This document shows, one piece after another, positions 23,576-33,595 of a stretch of DNA of 64,000 bases. A program made the position numbers and the translations under genes. The stretch covers positions 15,376,001 through 15,440,000 of the forward strand of contig NC_082730.1 of NCBI RefSeq assembly GCF_030144855.1. Direction: 5' to 3'. This DNA comes from Hypanus sabinus. Lineage: Eukaryota. Under the pieces are notes generated by a model. That model worked only from the letters and a program-made list of their open reading frames with translations. It searched no databases and had not been told where the DNA came from. Numbering within the stretch: position 1 is the first letter of the stretch; the number at the start of each line of letters is the position of its first letter.

Positions 23576-26204
23576 GTAAGTGATGCAGGGTTTGATTCTT
23601 TATGATGGTCGTTGGAGAACAACTGAATGACTGATGTGTGATGGATATTGTGTAGTTGGAACTTCACTCAGGAGCATGGAGTGTATGTTGTCACCACCTT
23701 TCAGAGAATGAAAAACCTTTCAGCACAGCAGTTCAAATGTGAGTCACTCACCACAGAGCCTTTTGGTTCTGATTTGCTCTCACTGGCTGGGTGTGAATGT
23801 GTTTCATCTGATAATATTTCTAGTCATTAATTAAGATGTCCTTCTAAGATAAACCACTTCAAAGTTCAAAGTAAATTTATGATCCAAGTACATTTGTACA
23901 TATCTGTCATCATATTCTACTCTGAGATCCATTTTCTTGCAGGCATTCACAGTAGATACAAATAAATACAATAGAATCAATGCAAAACTACATATAATCA
24001 AAGATGGACAAAAAACCAAAAGAAGAAAATCTGTGCAAATACAAAAGAAACAGCAGAATAGAATGGCAATAGAATAAAAAAGGGGGGAATATAATGAGTT
24101 TTGAGTGTCCTTGTACATCTTTCACAAGGTAAGCATGCAGATGCCGCAGGGCATAAAGAATGCAAATTGTATTTGGACTTTCGGAGAGAAGATTCAAGTA
24201 AAGGAACAAGCATGAAATATTGCATTGATACAGGGCCTTTATCAGTTGGGACCAAAGTTCAGAGTATCATTTTATTTTATGTATACCATATACAACCTTG
24301 AAATTTGACTCATTACAGGCAGCCACAACACAAAGAAACCCAATGGAGCCTATCAAAAAAAAGACCATCAAACACCCAATGTGCAAAAAATAAACAAATG
24401 ACTCAAATTCAGGACAAATGTTCATACAAGTGAGTCCCCAGCCATGAAGCCAGTCACTGCCAATCTTAGAGCCTGTTAGCTGCAGGCCACAGCCTCAGTT
24501 TAGTGCAGAGATGAGTAATCCTTGAGAATCAGTTAGACTCACATCAGCCCGTCTGTCTTGTTCAGTCTTGTCAGTCTGATCTTTTCAAACTGGTTCTGTG
24601 CTTAACTCAGCCAATCAGAACATTGTTCCTCACACTCACACTCAGGCCCTGCTGTTTGATGCTCTCTCATGCGCGGGACCTGCTGAGTCGATTCGACTCG
24701 TACCCAAACATTCCATTCAGGCCCAAAGCTTAAATCTGTGCGACCTCAACTTGTTCTTCGCTCTCGGCTACTAGAATTGTGTGCAGATCTGTTCTAATGA
24801 AAGATGTTCCTGTTATAGGTGAGCTGATCGTTCCTTGCTCTCTGACACATGGTCCTGCCACTTCGATGTGCTCTCATGCCCAGAACTCAATGCCTCGATT
24901 AGGCCCATTACCAGACATTTTCAGTCTGGCTCAGCACTAAAATTGATCTCAGGCAACCAGCTTTGTGTGCAGTTTTGGTGCTGCAGTGAAAGATGTTCTT
25001 GTTCTGGACAGAGGCATTCAAAGGATCAGCAGACTGATTTCTGGAATGTCACAAGTGAGAAAAGATCCGAGATTTGGTTAACGAGGATTTAATTGCTGCA
25101 GTTTAGAAGGCTGAGAGGTGATCTCAGAGAAATCTGCAATATTTTAGCAAGCTGATGCAAATTCAGGTTTGATGCTTCCGATGCCAGGGAATACAGGATA
25201 GTCTCCGGACACTAAAAATAATCTAAAGGGTGAGTCATTTAAGACTGAGATTAGGAACGGTTCCTTCTCCCAGAAAGTGGTGAACCCGTATTTAAGAAAG
25301 ATTGAGTTATTTTTCTCAGAGGTAGAGAGATCAAAAGATATGGGGAAACAGTTACTCTCCTAGAAATCTCCAGGTTCTAATATTCTACGTCCAGGAGAAC
25401 ATAGAGAATTGGCACAAGAAAGAAGTAGATGCATTGCTGGCCATTTCTAATTCCAAAGGATTGAGGGGAAGCGAACCACTCTATTTTAAAAAAGAGGTAG
25501 AGATAAAAGAGGAAATTATAGAGCAATTAGCCTGACATTGGTATTAGGAAATGTGATGAAGGACAAAAGGCAAAACCAATGTATTGAATTGCTCTTGGGT
25601 TTCTTTCTGCCCATTATAAACTCCCCCATCTCTGTCTGTTATTTGTTTTAATTCACAATCTCTTCATGTACCAATTGAAGATTTCATAAGTATATATATT
25701 CCCTACAAACCTTCTAACTTTCTAAATTTTCAATGTTTTAACCAATTTTTCCTAATACTCAGCTTTGCAGCTTTTGCTGAACATGACACATTTCCTTGGA
25801 TCTAATTAATTCACAAGTTTCTTTTGAACGTCATGCATGATCATCAGAAAGCTTCTGAGGGGATCTCTTTAATAATGAAATATTCCCTGGGGGATGGATA
25901 GAATTCATGTTGAAAGGGATGTTCCACAGGCTGCAGGGTCCAGAATGGGGACAGTTACAGGAGAATATTGATCATCATTTTGTTATTGTATTTCACTCTA
26001 TTACTCTGCGCAGTTTGAACAAATGTTTCAGAAATGAAGAGCTTTATTCAAATCTCTCAGTGCTCACTGTAGGGGTAGAAACTCTCCCACCAGCAGGAGA
26101 ATCAGGGAAGTTATATGCAGAGAAAATTGTTGCCAGGATCTTATGATAGCTTCTGAGAATGGTCGCGGTTTATGTCACTAGTGCAAACACGGAAAGCCAA
26201 ACAT

Positions 26205-26398
26205 ATATTTTACACACACATTGTATAAATGATTGCATTTAATTGGGGTTTGTACTGAGAAATAGCTTATTGAATACACTTTCAAATTCAAAACCTCATT
26301 TCCCATAACTGAGTACGACAGATGAGACCATCTCAATCTTTCTTCAACCCATCCTCTTGGTCCTCTGCCATTCCACACCTGAAGAGAGATTCCATTAC
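26205..26398 (-). repeat. Left arm of inverted repeat pair (partner 28425-28615)
   Basis: Its reverse complement aligns with 28425-28615 almost without gaps, roughly 80% identity by eye. Confidence 0.9.
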
Positions 26399-27388
26399 TT
26401 CATTTATTCAGCAATACAGCATGGTGTAGACCCTTCCAGTACTTCCAGTCATGCTGCCCCAGCAACCCCGGCCAAACCCAATTGTCACCGAATTGTGGGA
26501 CAATTTACAATGACCAATTACTTTACTCAGTCGTCTCACACATTCCACAGGGAGGACATACAGAGGCTCTTTGTAGAGCAGTGCCAGAATTGAACTCCAA
26601 ACTTTGGAATGCCCTGAACTGTAATCGCATCACTCTAACTGCCGAACTACCATGGCACCCAGGGTATATTGACTTTTAGTTTATTGTTTTAAAAGAGTAA
26701 AAGTGTAACTGAACCATTATCTCCCTGAATACTCAAGTACAGTTATGACCATGCCCCTGTGGAGGGTGATGGGGCCCCGGAAAGAGGTCTCCCCATGGCT
26801 GGCAGAGGCCAGCTCCCTGGCTGGAACCTTCCCTTACGATTAGGATTACAGTTCCCTCAGTCCAAGTCCCCAGCAGCATTATCAGTGCCTGAATATGGGA
26901 AAGAATCCAAATCGTTAGTAAATGTAATTGGGTACTCAGGAGAACAGCAATAAGCATAACACTGTTATAATGCCAGCGATCAGCGATCGGGGTGGGCCCA
27001 TTTCCCTCCACTGTTGCACGTTGTTTGTGCATTCTCCCAGTGACTGTGTGGGTCTCCTCTGGGTGCTCTGATTTCCTCTCACATTCCAAAGGCACACAGG
27101 GAAGTATTGGTAATTCAAAGGCAAGCCATTTTGGCACTGGAAGCATGGAACACTTGCAGGCTGCCCCCAGAACATACTTTGTGTTGGTTGTTATTGCTAA
27201 TGATGCCTTTCACTGTGTGATCTGATGTACATGTGACAAATAAATCTTATCTTTAATCTTTAAAAGTGTATTGGATAACAGATCACCTTTGGTCCACCAT
27301 GCTCAAATACCCATTGGTCTAACAATTGTGCTCTCTTGATTTTATAAGTATAAAGCAGATAAAATTTAATTTGATTTTCTATTAACAG

Positions 27389-27467
27389 GGCCAATCCATT
27401 TCTGTGAAAATATCGTGACAGAATCTACGAAAACTGCACAAGGGGAAAAATCTACATCAGATAAAAT
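27389..27467 (+). CDS. Receptor exon 6: stalk GPIHFCENIVTESTKTAQGEKSTSDK(M)
   Basis: attaacag| acceptor, 79 nt, phase 1 to 2, AT|gtaaag donor; Ser/Thr-rich; phase matches the TM exon. Confidence 0.8.
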
Positions 27468-27625
27468 GTAAAGTATAAGTTTCTCTCTACAGCTGGTTTC
27501 ACTGCTACTCCATCTAAATAGAGACAGTTGGGTGTGAAATTTGTTTCCCTTTAACTGCTATTAAAAACATTTAACATAATTAACTTCAATGAAGTGATAT
27601 GTTGAAAACTGATTTTCTTGTACAG

Positions 27626-27681
27626 GCGCCAAGCCCGTGATCAAAGATAACTTTCTAACCTTAAGTATTCTGAGTAATAAA
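27626..27681 (+). CDS. Candidate alternative exon: RQARDQR* plus AATAAA (secreted tail), or a 21-nt micro-exon with a mutated donor
   Basis: gattttcttgtacag|G acceptor; phase-2 reading G CGC CAA GCC CGT GAT CAA AGA TAA; AAG|ataact is one base from AAG|gtaact; AATAAA at 27676-27681. Confidence 0.45.
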
Positions 27682-28142
27682 GTCATTGTTAAATACTAGA
27701 ACAACAGGCCCTTCAGCCTGACTCGTCCAAGCCATCCAAGAGTCCAGACAGTCATGAAACAAAGAAAACCATGTAAGCCAGTCAATGAAGATGTACAGAG
27801 TCATTGTCAGCAATGCTGTCTGTCAGAGAAGAAGCCACTAATCAATCCTTTAATGTAACAGTTCCAATGAAATGTTTGTAAAAGAACATGCTCGGGTTCT
27901 CAAATGGTCTGGACAATAGTTACTCTTTAACCAACATCACTATCATTGGTCATGATCCCATTTCTGCTTGTGAGACCTTGCTGTGAGCAGATTGGCTGTT
28001 GCAATTTCCCACTGCTGTCAACAGTGTGTAATATTCATTTCTGAGCTGCAGACATGAAAACTGCTGTGTAAATATCAGACTTTACAAATGGCTAAGAACA
28101 AGTGATGAACCAGGACTGACCTTTTCCTATTCTTTACCACAG

Positions 28143-28234
28143 GCTTATTCACATAATCGTGCTCACTGTTGTTGGGCTTCTTCTCATATTAATTGTCGTT
28201 TGTCTTCTTTGCTACCTGAAGAGAAAAAACAGGG
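28143..28234 (+). CDS. Receptor exon 7: transmembrane LIHIIVLTVVGLLLILIVVCLLCYL-KRKNR
   Basis: ttctttaccacag| acceptor, 92 nt, phase 2 to 1, G|gtaggt donor; hydrophobic span without K/R/D/E followed by a basic stop-transfer. Confidence 0.95.
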
Positions 28235-28424
28235 GTAGGTTTCTTTTTTCTTTAATTATTTCACAATGAATACGATAGCTAGCTGCTGAATCTTAGGGAA
28301 CTTGATGCGGCTTCAGTCAACAAAAAGCCAGGATTAGAGTGCCAATGTGTTGGTTTACAACACATGAATGAATGGTGTTGTTTCCACTGTAACTGGTGAC
28401 TCCATTATTCCCAAAACATCAGGC

Positions 28425-28615
28425 AATGGAATCTCACCTCAGGTGTGGAATGGTAGAGAACTAAGAGACTGGGTTGAAGAAAAATTTAGATGGTCTCACC
28501 TGTACTACTCTGTTTTGGGGAATTAGCTGTTGTATTTGAAAGTGCATTCAGTAAACTGTTCCTCAGTACAACTTCCAATTAAAAGCAATCATTTGGACAA
28601 TGTATGTGTAAGATC
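28425..28615 (+). repeat. Right arm of inverted repeat pair (partner 26205-26398)
   Basis: aatggaatctc...caggtgtggaatgg...gggttgaagaaa...gatggtctca...tttgaaagtg...gcaatcattt...acaatgt matches the reverse complement of the left arm. Confidence 0.9.
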
Positions 28616-28794
28616 ATTCTCTCACGTCATTCTCAAAAAAAAAGATCAGGTGTATCTTTCATCCTATTTACCACTCACTATTTATCACTGGACAACATAC
28701 CCTGCGCTTATTGCAAAAAGTTGCTGTAGATTTAGTCACAGGTCTCTACGAGAGGAGGTTTAGGGACAAGTGTTGACACTTATGCTTGCAGGGA

Positions 28795-29712
28795 TAAGTA
28801 CCAGGTGGGGTACCACAACTAAGCACATCTTTCCCTCTCTACCCCTCTCCACTTTTCGCAGGGATCATTCCCTCCACGACTGCCTGTCCACACCCCTCCC
28901 CACAGATCTCCCAGCTGGTACTTATCCCTGCAAGCTTATGTGTTACATCTGTCACTACACCTCCACTCTTACCACCATTCAGGGCTCCGGACACTCCTTC
29001 CAGGTGAGGCAAAACTTCACTTGTGAGTCTGTTGGGGTCATCTATTGCATCCAGTGCTCCTGGTGCAGCCTTCCCTACATTGGTTAGGCCCAACACAGAT
29101 TGGGGAACCGCTTCATCGAGCACCTCCGCTTTGTCCGCCACAACAGACAGGATCTCCCGGTTGCCACCCACTTCAACTCTGCTTCACATTCCCATTCGGA
29201 TATGTCTATACATGGCCTCCTCTACTGTCATGATGAGGCCAATCTCAGGTTGGAAGAGCAAAACCTCATTTACCATCTGGGTAGTCTCCAGCCCTTTGGT
29301 ATGAACATCGAATTCTCCAACTTCCGGTAATTCCCTCCCTCTCCCTTTCCCCATCCCACTTTCACTCTGCCTCCTCTTCCAGCTGCCTGTCACCTTTCTC
29401 ATGATTCTCTCTTCTTCTACTACCTATAGTGCTTTCCCCTTACATTCCTTCTTCACCTTTCCTGCCTGTCCCCTCCCTGCTTCCCCTCCCCCTTGATCTT
29501 TCCTCTGATTGGTTTTTCACCTGGCACCAACCAGCCTTCTCCTTCCCACCCTCACCCCACCTTCTTTATGGGGCCCCTGCCCCCTCCTTCTTCAGTCCTG
29601 ATGAAGTGTCTCGGCCCGAAACATCGACTACTCATTTCCACGGATGCTGCCCGACCTGCTGAGTTCCTCCAGCTTGTTGTACATGTTGATTGGACCACAG
29701 CATCTGCAGTGT
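28795..29712 (+). mobile_element. Penelope-like element 3' part (GIY-YIG endonuclease) with hammerhead-bearing tail
   Basis: FTCESVGVIYCIQCSWCSLPYIG and GNRFIEHLRFVR...VATHFNS...LEEQNLIYHLGSLQPFGMN are PLE GIY-YIG motifs. Confidence 0.9.
29593..29629 (+). ncRNA. Minimal type I hammerhead ribozyme motif (degenerate copy)
   Basis: Stem I AGUC/GACU, core CUGAUGA, extra A, stem II GUG-ucucgg-CCC (one mismatch), GAAA, ACAU in place of palindromic ACGU, UC cleavage site. Confidence 0.6.
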
Positions 29713-29909
29713 ACTTTGAGGTTCATTGGTCCATGTAAATTGTCCCATGATTAGGTTCAGGTTGATCTGGTTTGTTGGGGGTTGCTGGGCTGGTGAAGCT
29801 CAAAGGCTGCTTGGGCCAATTCTGTGTCGTATCAACAAATAAATAAATGAATAAATGCTTATGACCGTAACAGATGCAGAATTGTGAGCAGTAATGTTGT
29901 ATTTTCCAG

Positions 29910-29956
29910 AATCCAAGCACCACACATCTCATAGAGGAGGAACCAATGAAACCCAG
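29910..29956 (+). CDS. Receptor exon 8: cytoplasmic (E)SKHHTSHRGGTNETQ
   Basis: tattttccag| acceptor, 47 nt, CAG|gtatgg donor; supplies the phase 1 to 0 bridge needed between the TM and last exon. Confidence 0.85.
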
Positions 29957-30393
29957 GTATGGATATGACGTATAAGTCATCTGAATGCATTGGAATGTTT
30001 AAAATATGGATTATGTGGGAGTTTACAGATCATTCACCACACTAATCCAGTCCAGTATTAATATTTTATACAAACCTCCGAACATCCCCCTCATTGAATC
30101 CCATCAGCATATCCTTCCAGTTATTTGTCCCTTGCTCATCCAGCTTTTCCTTCAGTCTATCCACAATACTTTATGTGACTAATCTTCAAAGTGCTTCAGT
30201 CTTTATTACGTTACTGAAAGGTGAAAAGCGAGACTGGTCCTTTCTCTACTGTTGGAGATGGAACATCCAATTGCATAAATCTGTCTTTGCGTTCAATGAC
30301 TTTTCAGTTTACAATTTATATATTTCCTCTGATTCTCAAAGTCTGATGTGAAATCAGCAAAATTAGGGCAGGTATATTCAGGAGAATAAATTG

Positions 30394-30645
30394 GGGGTGA
30401 CACAGTAGTTTAGCAGTTAGCGTAACACTATTACAGCGACAGCGACCTGGGTTGAGTTCTGCTCCTGTCTGGAAGGAGTTTGTATGTTCTCCCTATGACC
30501 ATGTGGGTCTCCTCTGGATGCCCTAGTTTCCTCCCACATTCCAAAGATGTTAGCAGGTTAATTGGATCACATGGGTTTAATTGGGTGATATGGGCTTGTT
30601 GGACCAAAATGGCCTGTTTCCATGCTGTATCTCTAAATAAGTAAA
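30394..30645 (+). mobile_element. tRNA-derived V-SINE (HE1-like)
   Basis: tRNA-like head, V-SINE core gtttgtatgttctccc...gtttcctcccacattccaaaga, CR1-like tail; further pieces at about 26415-26660 (-), 26940-27110 (+) and 29720-29850 (+). Confidence 0.8.
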
Positions 30646-30859
30646 TATCTGTTCAGTGGTGACCCCACCCAACCACTTTGCTCTGCCATACATTTTCCCT
30701 TGTTAACATCATTTGTCATCATGTGCTCTGGACTTCAATCATGACTGATTTATTTTCCTTCTCCCCTATTATCCCACCCTCTCCCAGTAACTTATCACAC
30801 CCTCACCTTCCACATTCACCAGACATTAAATCGATCTTGGAATTTGTTTACCATTTCAG

Positions 30860-31099
30860 GAAGAAAACATCGTTTATGCAGATCTACACCATGTTCGAAA
30901 CAATGAGGCAGCTGCCCAGTCGGCTAACAATGAAAATGAAACTGTGTATGCCAACATGAAATTTAAAAGGAAGTCAAGAGCAGGACGCTCTGTTATGTAT
31001 GAGGACAACACCACCTATGCAGATATCAAATTTCAAAGCCAACCCACAAGGCCCAAATACAAAGCTTTCTCTCCTGGTACTCCACAGGACTCAGAATAA
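30860..31099 (+). CDS. Receptor exon 9: cytoplasmic tail with ITIM/ITSM motifs, ending at TAA
   Basis: ccatttcag| acceptor, phase 0; EENIVYADL...NETVYANMKFK...DNTTYADIKFQ...PQDSE*; IVYADL at 30869-30886, TVYANM at 30941-30958, TTYADI at 31010-31027. Confidence 0.92.
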   Translation, partial: EENIVYADLHHVRNNEAAAQSANNENETVYANMKFKRKSRAGRSVMYEDNTTYADIKFQSQPTRPKYKAFSPGTPQDSE

Positions 31100-31144
31100 G
31101 CTTGATAAAGTCATTGTGTGGATCGATTTAAAGCAGAAGAGTTA

Positions 31145-32052
31145 GACACAGAGGCACCTTTATTAAGTACACTTGGACACCTGCCTGTTAATGCAAATAT
31201 CTAATCAGCCAATCATGTGGCAGTAACTTGATGCGTAAAAGCATGTGTGTTGACATGTTGTGCATTGAACAGTATTCTTTTTCACACCACTGTAGTAACA
31301 CATGTTTATTAGAGTTAGTCACCTTGAACCAGTCTGTCCATTGTCCTCGACTGGACCACTGCTTATTTCCTGATCCTTCGGGTTCTTGCAGGAATCAGGA
31401 ATGTTGAACAGTCTTAATTCTAATGGTCATTTATTTCAAAGTACAAGCAAAACCTACAAATACTAAGCAATGCACACAAAATACTGGAGGAACTCAGCAG
31501 ATTAAACAAACTAACTAAGGAGCTGAGAAATTATGCTGAGAAGTAAATGAACGGCATAAAATGTGAAGTCAAAATGATGATGCCTCTGAAAAATCCACGA
31601 CTTTTATAGGCAAGATAAGGAAAACTCTTTCGATAGAAATAAACTAGTTAATAGGCCACAGAATTAAAACAATTACCTCATGTGCATAATGTGCTAATAC
31701 CTCACCAGTGAGTGTGGATAAACCACCACATACTGTGAAAAATGAGTATGTTAAAAAGTACATATCTTATAAGAAGTATGGTTTAAAAAAGCAGTAGTTT
31801 CCAACACCTCTGACCTCTCTCAGCAACAAGGCATTTGCGCGCACAGAACTGCCACTCACTGGATGTTATTTTGTTTAGCGCTTATGTCACGTTTATTCTT
31901 CATTCCAATGTTTGACCTGAACAACAACTGAAACCCTTGCTGATATCTGCATGCTTTTATGCATCGCATGTCTGCCCCATGATTGGCTGATTAGGTATTC
32001 ACATTAACGAGCAGGTGTACAGGTGCATCCAATAGAGTGGCCACCGAGTGTA
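31145..32052 (-). mobile_element. Tc1-derived MITE with both terminal repeats, interrupted
   Basis: Left end ...cacctttattaagtacac and right end ...aatagagtggccaccgagtgta are inverted-repeat-like; internal sequence matches the other Tc1 remnants. Confidence 0.65.
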
Positions 32053-32124
32053 ACTTCTTGCTGAATCTATCCACTTAATTATTCTGTCAAGCTTATCTTG
32101 AGCTGATTCTTCCACTGATACCTC

Positions 32125-32670
32125 TTATGCAGTTCAGTTTCAGAGGCAAGTACAGCCAATTGGCATTGAGTGTCTGAGTCTAGATCGTCTCTGAGTTACT
32201 GCCCATTATGCCACTGGCATTTTGAGCAGCAGTGCAGGTTCTCTATCTCTGGTTGTGTTCAGGGCTTCCTTCATCATGTCAGTAGCTTTCTCACAGTTTT
32301 CACGATGGTTAGTCATGCAAGTCCCGATTTGAGACTCAGTTATAGGACCACACTCAGATGTAGGATTCCTCATTGCTGTTTCCACAACAGTTCTGTTGTA
32401 GCTGTCAGAGTTGTTAACCCTGAGCTGAACCTCTGAACGTAGAGGACCAGTGCAAGACTCTTAGTCTGTCCTCGACCCTTTTACCTGTTTGGCAAAGGTA
32501 ACCCTGCCAAGAGCCAAAGCATAATGCCTTAACTCCAGTCAATGTAGCTCTCCAGGTCATTGAGGTACACAAGCCTCCAAAACATGACAACATTGTGATC
32601 CTCTTGGAAGCTAGATCATCTCTACAAATGTCAAAATGCTCTTGTCCTTCATTCTGACTTCTACAATATC
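32125..32670 (-). mobile_element. RTE-clade LINE 3' end
   Basis: Reverse ORF KALCFGSWQGYLCQTGKRVEDRLRVLHW resembles the RTE K.AL.W.P.GKR..GRP..TW terminus. Confidence 0.6.
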
Positions 32671-32673
32671 TAT

Positions 32674-33025
32674 TGTTTTGAATCAGCAACAATGAATATA
32701 GAACTGAGACAGGTTTTTATAAACAAATAAAACATTTATTAAGTACTGCTCAAAAAAACCCAAAAGTAAACAAACGACTAACTTAACCAAAAGTTGACTG
32801 CTATACGGCAGCTCAAACAGTTCCTAAAGCGATAATGCAAAAACAGTTCTTAGAGTGATGATGTAAAAAGTCCAAGTGATTTATACAGTCAGTTAGGAAG
32901 ATTTTTCCAGAAGTAACGAATCCTCGATGTCACAACATTACTGCTGATCCCAGCCAAAATATGGCTTACCCGAAGGATTTACGATGAAGGAAATAATAAC
33001 GGTTTAAAGGCACTGACCTTTCCTT
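32674..33025 (-). mobile_element. Partial LTR of the same family as 11174-12013, inverted
   Basis: Reverse complement shares aaggaaaggtcagtgcctttaa, gaactgtttga, gtttgtttacttttggg, ttaataaa and cattgttgc with 11670-12013. Confidence 0.85.
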
Positions 33026-33589
33026 GGCAAAACCCTGATCTAGGCCTTAATTCACTCCATCAGGTTGGAGGTTAACCAGGTTGAAAACAAGCTATTGCCC
33101 CTCCATCCTGAGGATGGCCCGATCTGATTCTATAACACTTCAAATTGAGACAACAGAAAAATGTTGGTGATAAATTGTACTTAATGAAGTATTCAGGATA
33201 AAATCAAGGGAGCCAGTTAGTGGCCATATCCTGTATTAACGCGGTGTTGAAGGCATATGCCTACATTTGAATAGTCAGGGGGTCATCGCTCAAATCTGTA
33301 ATAAAAGATATATATGTTGGGTGCCTAGTGTTTCTGCTCAGAAGCTCTCGGACCAGTTGCTAGTCTATTAAATTTCAGATGTGCTGTTCATTTGGGATGT
33401 TCTCCCATTGTAAATATACAATTCTGCAAAAGTTACCTGTCTATTTTCAACAATTAAAGGTTAAGTAACAGTCACTATTAAAATGCATTTAATCACTGAT
33501 TGTTTTCTTTTTGTTTACAAAGTATAAAACATCACTGTACTGTTCTGTGAGGAGAGAGCAAAAACAGATTCTCTGTATCTGCTGTCTTG

Positions 33590-33595
33590 AATAAA
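33590..33595 (+). terminator. Candidate distal poly(A) signal of the receptor gene
   Basis: AATAAA in unique sequence followed by GT/T-rich sequence; other AATAAA hexamers occur earlier. Confidence 0.35.
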
